A stretch of DNA of 61,663 bases, filler included, from Choristocarpus tenellus KU-1152 (lineage: Eukaryota; Protista; Phaeophyceae): NCBI GenBank assembly GCA_964200185.2. It is 14 parts of 14 records of this genome, joined end to end, with 100 filler letters (N's around TTAATTAATTAA, not from the genome) between each part and the next. Parts side by side here need not be neighbours in the genome. Positions count along the whole stretch, not along the records: positions 50,396 to 53,207 come from CAXNAD020024543.1; positions 53,308 to 56,430 come from CAXNAD020022159.1; positions 56,531 to 61,663 come from CAXNAD020011768.1; 11 more parts are not named here. One strand, given 5' to 3'. Both the position numbers and the translations under genes were made by a program. Under the pieces are notes generated by a model that had not been told where the DNA came from, did not search any database, and saw nothing but the letters and a program-made list of their open reading frames with translations. This document shows positions 52,004-61,663 of the stretch, piece by piece. Position 1 is the stretch's first letter. The number at the start of each line of letters is the position of its first letter.

Positions 52004-52118
52004 CTGTGTGCTGGTTCCCTCTCTGAAGTAAATCAGCAACCCAGTCAGTAGCAGCTTGCGAATCGTCTCCCATACCTCGTACCAAAAGACATTTGGTCGG
52101 TACGTTGCCCACAAGAAT
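52004..52118 (-). CDS. Multi-pass membrane protein, exon 2 seen
   Basis: ccag|a-FLWATYRPNVFWYEVWETIRKLLLTGLLIYFREGTSTQ|gttaga; FLW..Y.P..FWYEV.E..RKL.LTG motif. Confidence 0.88.
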
Positions 52119-52417
52119 CTGGCAGTGGCCCAGTCCAGTCCAGTCCAGTCCAGTCCAGTCCAGTCCGGCATGAGACAGCAACACCAGATGACACAACGCA
52201 CCAGCAAGTGGGGGGATGGGGGAGTGGTAAGAGTAGACACGTACAGCATTGCCTATCCCAATTGCGATACCAGTATCAATAGTTGATAAATGTTCCACCA
52301 GTGGTAAGTAATGCCACGCATACCGGGAAGGGGAAAACAAATCCTTCCCCTCCCCCCCCCCTCCCCCCCCTCCCCCCCCCCTTCCCCCCCTCCAAAAAAA
52401 AAAGGTACACAACATTC

Positions 52418-52503
52418 CATCATGGATAATAAAAAAGATTTCTCTTGCTTTCATCATGGATAATAAAAAAGATTTCTCTTGCTTTCATCATGGATAAATA
52501 AAA
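52418..52503. repeat. 34-bp tandem duplication (about 2.5 units)
   Basis: catcatggataataaaaaagatttctcttgcttt at 52418 and 52452, partial at 52486. Confidence 0.95.
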
Positions 52504-52831
52504 AAGTACGCGAGTGTGTTGCACCAGTACTACTAACTACAAAAGACTCACTCCACAAGACTCTAACAACTCTACACCACCATCAAATCATCGTGTTGTC
52601 CCTCTGACAACCACAAGGCTATACCCACACAAACAAAAAACCAAAATAGAGACCCATCGCATAAAATAATCCCCCCNNNNNNNNNNAACAACCTTTTTTC
52701 CCCCCTAAAACACAAAAACCATACCCCCCAAAAAAAAAAACCAAAAAAAAACCCCCCCCCCAAAAAAAAACCCCCCCCCCCCCCCCCAAAACCCAAACCC
52801 AAACCTCACAACAGCACCCAGCCTCTCACAC

Positions 52832-52989
52832 CTTGTCTTCTGTACTTCAGGGTAGGTGTCCCTGTATTCCATGGCTCGTGCAGGGTTTGTAGGATCACTG
52901 TTCAGGCTTTGGCGGTCATTATACAACAGCATCAAAAAAACAACAGGCACTCCAATCGGGAATACAATCAAGTTCACACCAGCGTACCA
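52832..52989 (-). CDS. Multi-pass membrane protein, exon 1 seen
   Basis: aaag|WYAGVNLIVFPIGVPVVFLMLLYNDRQSLNSDPTNPARAMEYRDTYPEVQKT-ag|gtgtga; P.G.P motif; phase matches the next exon. Confidence 0.85.
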
Positions 52990-53983
52990 CTTTGATTCAA
53001 ACAAGATTCAAACAAGGTTCAGACAGGACACGACAAACATGATGAGGTTGGGTGGGGTGATTTTGACCAGGTTTACGTGAGTATGTGCACACAACGAAGG
53101 GGTGGGGTTGGGGGGGTTGGGAGGTGGTGTGCACAGGGGGGGGGGGGGGGGGGGGGGTGTGAAATTTTTTTTAAAAAAATAGAAATAAAGGGGGTTCCTT
53201 TAAAATTNNNNNNNNNNNNNNNNNNNNNNNNNNNNNNNNNNNNNNNNNNNNTTAATTAATTAANNNNNNNNNNNNNNNNNNNNNNNNNNNNNNNNNNNNN
53301 NNNNNNNGGGGGGTGGGTGCGTTTTTCTCTATTGTGTGCAAGTTCTTGATATTCCCCCCCCCCCCCCCACACACACACTCCATTGTTCCAGAAGCACTGT
53401 TTTTCAATGTTGACCAACCCTATCCCTGTTAAAGTTTCATTACATTAATGCAAGGACATACGTACTGCCATAATGCAAATACACCCCAGAATGGCACCCA
53501 AGGCTGCAAAAGATCATATACACTTGAGATATGCGTGAGTTGTGGATTTTTTTGTGCACAATGGTGGCCTGTATTGCCCCCCCTCCCTCCCTTCTGTTAC
53601 CCTTTTCCTCATCAGGCGTTTGACCTAGAGACAAGTCAGGTGTCAAATATCCTGGTCTTCCTCTTTCTCAAGCTGGCCTTTTCCGGGGGCTTCACACTGG
53701 AGGGAAATAAAGGTATCAATTATGACTTCACCACTGCCATACCCACCACAAAGAGCCCAAGCTCCACTTGTAGCAGTTTTGCAGAGTTGATATGATGTGG
53801 TGCCATGTTTGGCATGCCTAGCACTGACCCGTTCACACCTCCCCCAAATCATTTTTTTTAGCCCCTCCCCCGTGCCCTATTTATCTCCCTCCCTCTCTCC
53901 CATCGCCCACTCTTACTACTACTCTTGGGCTGGTGTGTGTGTGTGTGTTTGTGTGCTGTGACAGTTCTGTTCACCTTTAACAG

Positions 53984-54102
53984 AGTACGTATTGGAATAC
54001 TCCCACCAATAAAGTTCAAGGGATTGGGAGGTTCCAAACATGAGAAGAAGTCTGACCAGGGTGGGGAGGAGAGTGTCAGTGAGAGAGAGGACAAGAAAGA
54101 AG
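53984..54102 (+). CDS. Candidate exon of an unknown gene
   Basis: Good acceptor ctttaacag and donor aag|gtaagg around open VRIGILPPIKFKGLGGSKHEKKSDQGGEESVSEREDKKE. No family recognised. Confidence 0.3.
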
Positions 54103-54949
54103 GTAAGGGACTGGTGCCATTGCTGGAATTAGCACTTGATGTGGGTCACCATGTTTTCTTGTAGGGTTAGGGTGTCCATATCCTATTGCTCGTGTATCAG
54201 CTGTGCTATTAATAGGCCCTTGGTTATTAGGTCAGTCTCTATCAACTGGCATGGTATACCCCTTTCTGGCAGAGTCAGAGTATACCTTTCGCTAGCATAC
54301 TCTGAGTGAATTGAGGAGTGGTAGGCATTTCCAGGGGTAAAGCAGTGTCGTGGATGTCATGCCTGAGAAATTTGACTCTTGGTAGGTTTCAGAATTATTA
54401 TTGGAACCCTGGATGGTTCACACTATCCGTTTTATGTTTTTTGTGTATATATGATGCTTAAGTTTAAAAAAAATCAAACAAGGTTAGGAAAAAGTGGAGC
54501 AAAGCCCCTACAGTTGTGAAGATGAGTAATATTTGATGTAAAATACATCATCAAACTAGAATGGAGTCCTGTGGGCAGAGTAGTAATCCTGGATGAGCGT
54601 GTCTTGATTATATAGATTGCACAAGATAAGCATAGACTGACCAATTGGAGAATGTGTATATATTTTGTAGAATCTATCCCCCATGAGCATGATGCGAGTC
54701 ATGAAGGGTCGACTATCCCAGGCCCAAGGCTGCCCCCTCTGAGTAGTCTCCCTTGCCTGCTGACCCCTCTCCACCAAACTACTTCAAATTACCGTGTCTT
54801 GTCTTGTTCTTGGTACTGCAGATCACTCTTACCTACACTTCATGGTCCTGGAGGACAACATTTATGCCTGGAAATGTGAGAACACCTAGAGCATGTAGTG
54901 GAGTTCAACCACTTGACTCTGCAGTTATGAACCAAGTACAAACCCACAA

Positions 54950-56360
54950 AGTGCAAGCCGCCCCCCCCCGCACAAAAAGCTCCATGCTGCTTTAAAATAT
55001 CTGCACGAGCTTGCAGAAGCAGATGGGCATGTAGGTGGGACATTTTGCCTCTGATGTAGTGCATGCTGTTGTCAGTAGTTGTACAATATTGGATTGTGTC
55101 CTGCTGTGTGTGTCTACGATCCTGTTTTGAGTGGCATATGTTTCATCTGTCCTCACTCTTTTTCACAAAGGAGCACTGCTATTGTGAGGAAGGTAAGGAA
55201 TGGACATCACCTGTAATTGTTCTGTGAGCTTTGACAGAGTGGAGATGTTTAAAGTAGATTATGAAACCAAACAAAACAAACTGCATCAATGCTTGTTTCC
55301 GGGTCAAGCCTGTGGCTACCATCACCTACTTTCCTTCCAGTGACACCTACTACGAGGTGACATCCCCCTGGCCCCACCCTGCCCCACCTCAGCTAAGACA
55401 GGCTATGGGCTCTACCGGAGGGCCCGGAGCAAGCAGGAGCGTTTGAACTCTCTGCTGAAATGGTTGTTCAGGAGGAACTAAGATTAAAGCCATTTGCCGT
55501 GAGGTGGACTCAAAGGGTAGGGGAGGGGATGAAAAGTGTTTGTCTAGAATAGTTTGTTGAAGGGGAAACGTATACGGACAAGATTCATTATTCATCACAA
55601 CGGTAACTAGGGATGTTGACAATATTGAATAAGTTGTATGGATGAGAGGATATTTTCAGGAGTGCTGTGGCATTATAAGATAGAGCAGTATGTCTGGCAC
55701 CACAAGAAATGCTAGAGTGGTGACGTGTACTCTGCAGTGTTTAATTTGTTCCTGGATCGTATAGTATAGGCTCTGGAGCCGAACAAGTATCAGTATCAGG
55801 TTCTGTGTATGCCCTAGTACACAAAGCTCTTGTTTTCAATACAACCAACAACACTCCACCCTGCAATTATTATTTTTTTTAGAGTGGTTGAAAGAGAAAA
55901 AATAATATATAGTTCCATAGGCAACACCCTTTACCCTTCCCAGCTGTCTCTAGTGGGAGGGTAGGGAGGCAATAGGTATTGGAAATCCAGATACGAAGAA
56001 CATACCCAGTGTAACAAATATCACTTCTGCCTCAGTTAATTGGCTATATAAAGTTCAGTGTACAGTGATACAGTTGTACCAATACATGAATTGAAAATGT
56101 CACATCAATAACAATGAAAATTAGGATCCAAACCTTGGGGAGTGACCACAACCCTACATAGCATAAAGTTTTAGCATGCAGGGATATGATCTCTCTTTTG
56201 ACTGCAGTGAGTCTGGGTCAGGTGCAAGCCAGATATGCACAGCGGTTGGACTGTGAAGGGCCTCAGCTTGCAATGTTGAGTGTTTGATGTATCTCAGTGC
56301 CAAAACAATTCTCTTAATTGCTTGTGGTATGTCTTCTTCACTTGGTGCCATCTGCACTAT
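54950..56360 (-). pseudogene. Very decayed LINE-like RT ORF
   Basis: Remnants in the expected order: APSEEDIP (APG.D.IP), GVAYGTIL (GVPQGS.L), VY*GI (YLG), and a C-terminal HY...CP.Y-like region. Many stops. Confidence 0.3.
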
Positions 56361-57199
56361 ATCTTGAGATGACTGAGGGGATGTGGGGGGGGGGGGGGAT
56401 TGGGGAAGGAGATGGGAAGAGAAAACGTTTNNNNNNNNNNNNNNNNNNNNNNNNNNNNNNNNNNNNNNNNNNNNTTAATTAATTAANNNNNNNNNNNNNN
56501 NNNNNNNNNNNNNNNNNNNNNNNNNNNNNNTCTTACATCTGAATGGATGGATAGTAATTGGCTATATTGACCATGGTGCTTTATGGTTGTATGGTCGCCA
56601 CCCCTACTTAAGAGAATCGCTCTTTCACAACATCTGGCATTATCCCTTCAATTATCAGTCCTATCCATATATTACTCAGGGGATACTTTAAAATTATATG
56701 TTGTGTACTGTTCGAATAGACTCCTCCAACTGTAACGGATATCACTCGTATACATGCAGAGTCAGAATACAAGAATTCTTAGTTGGTTAAACCATGTTTG
56801 TTACTGTATACAAATGGATAGATAGGCATAAATTCCATTAAGCATTTTGTTTTAGGGTTATTTGGTCATGCCCTCTGCTTGGTAATAACTCTTCACTCTA
56901 CAAAATTTGGTAATAATCCTGTATTAATCTCTTCTATCCATATATTAGCCGGGGGATACTTCAACATGTACCTCCCTCACTTTCTTACGAGCAGGGAAAG
57001 ATCAGGGGCTACTGTCGCCTATTTGGAGACAAGAAGTGGTGCAGCAAAGACTGCGAGATCTGGAAGCGAGGAACAGAACATGCTCTAGGCGTCCCCATGG
57101 ACAGGGACTGTCTGATGAAGTCACCATTTATGTATCCCCGAGAGATTTTTGGGAGGGTGCGCAACCATATGGAAAATAATGTTGGGAAACCTCTTGTTA

Positions 57200-58760
57200 A
57201 CATCATGGAAGACTACTTTGCTGGGCACAGCAAGGGATGGGAGGTATGTAGTGCCCTGAAGTAGGTCGATGTTTCCCAGTTCAGTTGCTTGACCTCCTAC
57301 AACAAACTATATTGAGGAGCTCACATGCTAAGCCCTGAGCGAACAATCGTTTTGGACCTAGAGCCAGTTTGGATGTGAAGTATATCGTCGAGGAGAGCAA
57401 ACAATTCACCATGGCCTTCTGAATATCTATGTGTGATGCTTTTCATACCTGTTGGTTGAACATCTACCTGCATTGTTATGATTGTACTGATACTTCAGTT
57501 GTACACATTTCTCCTTAGCCATTATGTGTTAAGAGCATGACACAAAGCTAGCCATGCTAGAGTTCAAGTTAACGGATCAATCTTCTTCTGTCTATTGCAG
57601 CACCTACTGTAGTATTTTCTTGTGTTATGCACACTTATGCCTTGAAAAATCATCAACGTAAAATTGTATGTCAAGAAGGATACATAATATATTTTACTGC
57701 ATATGGCAGGTGCAATATGAAATCACTACTCTTCCTTTTGTGATGCACTGCTTGTAATAGTGATAGTGTAGAGAAGAAATCCTCTCGACTTTGACAATAG
57801 ATACACCTTGACCCTCTTGAGCTATTACACCCCCATTGTGTGTGTCAAGGTGACGGACACATTATTCTCTGAGTTCAACATCCTCAACATGTATGGTCGG
57901 CTGTACATGGCAGAGCAATTCAACTTCACCTCTATCGATCGTGCTGGGATCGACACGCATACATGCTTCAGGCATGTGGGTTGTGAGGTTAGGCGAAACC
58001 ACAACATTTGGAATCCTAAGGCCACTAAAGAATACTTTGATTTAGCACAGAAGTATGTATATGAAGAAGCTTGCAGAATGAACCCAACGAGCCGTGGATG
58101 TTGATATGACTCCAGGTCATACACTAATTCAGTGGCATTACACGTTCTGCAAGTATCATGACCTGCTTTTTGGTAGTTCTACATACTGTACATACGACTT
58201 GGCAAGGTCAAAGATGTTCAGCAATCCTTAGCTGTCTCTGGGAATTTCTGTTTCTATGCCTTAAATACACCATAGCTCATGTTGATGTAATCGAATTACT
58301 TTCCTACGAAGAAACACTGATTCTATTGTTGTCAAGTTTGTTTTGCTCCTTCCCTTATGTTTCTTCAATTTTCTCTACATGACAACCTAATCTACAAGAT
58401 GTTTGTGAGCATAATAAAATGAATACATTCAGAAGTCCTTGGAGAGAGCTATGTTACACTTTCTCATTTTTGGAATACTGCTGCACTTTCTTTCTAAAGG
58501 TCAATATGGAATGTGACTCACGTCTCTATTTGCACCATTGGAAATATCTGACACTCACAGCCTTAAGGAAGGCACTCAAACTTGTAAGATCGGTGGGCTA
58601 TTTTGATGCACGAACTCTTTCTAGTAGTTGACGGGTGTATGAGAACTCCACACTCCATGATACGGATGTGTGATCAACGACACCTAGAATCATTTGAACC
58701 CAAAGGAGGAGATTATGGCATGTAGGTCACACCAAGTATAGTCAAACATAGGGGGAGTGT
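57200..58760 (+). pseudogene. Decayed DUF6589-like (Academ-related) transposase
   Basis: In order: FCDALL (GD.LT-like), FSEFNIL (G.FH-like), ECDSRLYLHHWKYL (EGD..R....WK), and frameshifted CD.RHLE/HLN (D..LEHLN) near 58670-58700. Confidence 0.5.
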
Positions 58761-59559
58761 GGGTGAGGTTATAGGAGGAAAGGGGCCGTCAAACCCTGCT
58801 TATGACAATGAGTGTCTGTCACTGCACAAATGACTATCTCAAGATGTACCCTGCATTTCCAATTGGACACACGAGGCAGATGTTTGTGATGTTTCCTTAG
58901 GTTCTCGCCCACTTAAGTAAGGCCTATCTAGGTTAGAGGCATAGCAGCAATGTACCCCCAACATTGTTTTTTTCAACTTTGGAAGGAGTGTTGTAGCATA
59001 GCTGGTAATGAAATAGTAAATAGACGTTGGAGATATATCTTTCACATTTACTTCAACTGTTACTTTTACAGGGGTCCTCATGATACTCATTTTGTTTCTA
59101 GAACCCTTCTGGAAAACGTCAAAGATCACAATAATATATATTGCTAAACAATTCTAGTTTTGAAATTTCGTGGCTAAATCAGATATTTTTGCCAATCATA
59201 TGTTGGGGAATCAACAGAACGGTATGTCGTTATAACTTACATTGCCAATATATGTGTATATTGCTTATAGTGTTTTTTGAACATTGCATATTGTGATTGT
59301 TTTTTTCAAGAATCATGTCATTGTGACAACGCTCACAGTATAATATTTGTTACCCCAATGTAGTTTAAACAATGTAAATAGCCTGAAGATGGTTAGGTAT
59401 CCAGTTTGTGCGGTATATATTTCTGCCTTTAGAAGGATAAACATAATTTTGTACAAGATTGTGACGTTGCGAAGGCATTTTAGGGTGTGTGATGTGATCC
59501 TTTTATGCTTGCATTTTTTCGCCAGATGTTGTACCCTGTGCTCCATTCTGACTTTGCGT

Positions 59560-60120
59560 GGATGAACATGAAGAATGAGGATATTATCCCTCTTCTAGCG
59601 ACATCGCAGCACACCTCATGAAGAAAAGCTTAGCTTCGCAAGAGTTCTTAAAGGTGCTTCGTACATTAGACTCAATGGCAAGAGTTTTTTTTCTTGAAAA
59701 GTGGTGTGTGATCCTCAATTATATGTGGGATATTTTATAGATTGAAACATCATGCAGTCAATTTCATACTCTGCATGGATGCACTCCATGAAAGTAAAAT
59801 CATGAAACTCAACCATGCAACAACATTACAACCATACAGTAATAATACTGTGTAAATACAAAATATTGTAACATTCCTGCTGCATTTATCAATTAAATTA
59901 CCACGCTTCACAACTTTCCAATGTGCTCGTTTCATGTTCCATTTTTTGAAAGTTTGGGACTTGCTTCAAACTATATGGACCCTGCAACAGTGCACCCCAA
60001 AGAATCGAATGTATGATCTTGACCAAAATCGGAAATACTTCTCCCCTTCTCTCAGAGTATACACGCAGATAGGCAACTGGTGCACACACACGGTTTTCAG
60101 CTCTACAGCGCAGGTGCAAG
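59560..60120 (-). pseudogene. Decayed PIF1-like (SF1B) helicase
   Basis: Frameshifted remnants in the correct order: VCAP (Ia), IIHSIL (Ib, TIHS), W..VK..LIDKCS (II, IIDE.SM), YGCNVV (III, FGG..V..GDF), LAIESNVR (IV). Confidence 0.4.
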
Positions 60121-61488
60121 CAAATTTATATCTGAAGCAAAACGATAGGGACATTAGTGGAGGCAATTAGTGAACCTGTATGAACGCATTACTTTGATTT
60201 TGACAATATTGAAGCAACACAACCTTCATCCCAGAGTATGTGTGGGAACTACTGGTGTATTTTGCACTGGTGCAATCTATTGGGGCTACAAGTACTTCTC
60301 CAAGGTTGTGGGCAAGTAAATTCACTCAAGTACCCCACCAATTTATTCATGTGTACACACTTCTTAGCGACACCACTTTCTCCCACAGGAGTGTGGGCAA
60401 TGATTTCATTTCATAAGTGTACGCTCATTCAAATCACACTTGTCTTGTGAGACAGCGCAATTACAAACAGCAAAATCTTTGTCCCTCGCCTTCGGATTTT
60501 TTCTCGATCATACATACTTTACTCAGCTGTAACGGTGTTGTGTCAACTCCTCCCTCCTGTTACATCCTGTTAGGGTTGCATATGTGGTCCATCCAAACCC
60601 TGTAAGGATTCGTAACAAATACCCTACCCATCCCACAGCACACCGCAAAGGCAATATTATCCCTCACAGTGTCCCTAACACTACGCACAATGCATAAATT
60701 GACACAGAATTTGCCTCCATTGGACATACACGCACACACAATTTTTGTGTTTCAAGTCCAATGTTGTGTGTTCATGATACCTTTTTTTGTCGTATCCCTT
60801 GTTCCTACTGTTCATGTTACGTGCGGTGCTTTGTTTTTTTCTTGTTCCCTATTGGAGCCCTTCAATCCTTTTGGTCCTTCTCACTTACGTTATGGTGTGG
60901 AAGAACAAGTAACTTCTGTCTGTCCATCTATCATCTGTTTACGTTTCTAGTACTGACTCTCATCGTCGCACAGACTTGAACTCACGCTCACGCATATAAC
61001 TTGGTAAAAAAATAATTGATGGATTTTTGGATTTGATGACAAGTTATTTTTTTACCAAGACCATCTCTTTGACCCCCTCTCACATATGTACGATATATGA
61101 CCAAGTAATTCCAACCAGTGGAAACCTACCAGCTCCATAGAGCTGCCTCTTCTCCCTCTTTTCTTTCACATAGCAACCATACAAAATCAAGTAATTTTTT
61201 TCCTTTCTATAGCCTATGGACTCTATATTGCTTCCTATTTTTCCTCAATCTGAGTTATTTGAAATTTGAGACCTGCTCCTATTACGCATCTTGACAACCT
61301 ACACGTTACTACATGCTCCTTCACCTTGTTATTTGTAATATGGAGTAGTTCTCGCCTTTCGGAGGCTCTTCCGTGCGCCCGCGCCGCGCGGTTCATCTCA
61401 ATGTACCAGTTCTTCTCCGCATTTATAGGCTTGCCTGCACGCTCGAACATTCTTGTTCTGGAAATATATTAAGAAAACTTTACCATCA

Positions 61489-61663
61489 GGCTCAAAGTAT
61501 CTGGGTGTGTGTGGCGGCTGTCCATTTGGGGTCAATTCTTTCATGTCGCGAGTTTTGGGTGATTTGGTTGCATACTTTGGATGGATAATATAAATGCACT
61601 TTTCCTGATTTTGACCCAAAATGGACACCCTGGTGTAGACCCCACACCCCCCCCCCCACCCAC
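61489..61663 (-). mobile_element. MITE family A, nearly full copy
   Basis: ggctcaaagtatctggg..ggcggctgtccatttggggtc ... ccaaaatggacaccctggtgtagac; cut by the window end. Confidence 0.92.

Noticed and set aside
4025-56530. Regularly recurring palindrome TTAATTAATTAA between N runs, superficially array-like
   Set aside because: Artificial six-frame-stop linker used to concatenate contigs.

Overview
This is eukaryotic nuclear DNA, not one continuous locus. Fourteen short contigs are joined by 13 identical artificial 100-bp spacers (44 N + TTAATTAATTAA + 44 N), so adjacency across a spacer carries no meaning. Small exons in kb-sized introns, (TTAGGG)n-type repeats, a flagellar dynein light chain and a multi-pass membrane protein family suggest a brown alga or related stramenopile (inference). 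Spliced host gene fragments read from the sequence: GMP synthase (3 exons), CTP synthase (3), a KDM2/KDM7-type JmjC demethylase (2), an LC4-like EF-hand dynein light chain (last exon), a GH3 beta-glucosidase (2) and a multi-pass membrane protein (3). The rest is largely transposon-derived. It includes a decayed Ty3/gypsy element, a gag(CCCH)-protease LTR element, gag remnants, and heavily decayed Helitron-like, DUF6589/Academ-like, PIF1-like and LINE-like remnants. About 20 MITE copies from at least five related families share a terminal motif, a GTCCATTTGGGG subterminal box and 3-4 bp target duplications. Most notable: (i) a gag TGA followed by a 7-nt spacer and a perfect 8-bp hairpin, with the frame open on to the protease (candidate stop-codon readthrough signal); (ii) recurrent de novo telomere-repeat micro-insertions, visible by comparing repeat copies; (iii) the shared-terminus MITE radiation; (iv) two GC splice donors among 13. 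No CRISPR array, rRNA, tRNA or prokaryotic-type system is supported.
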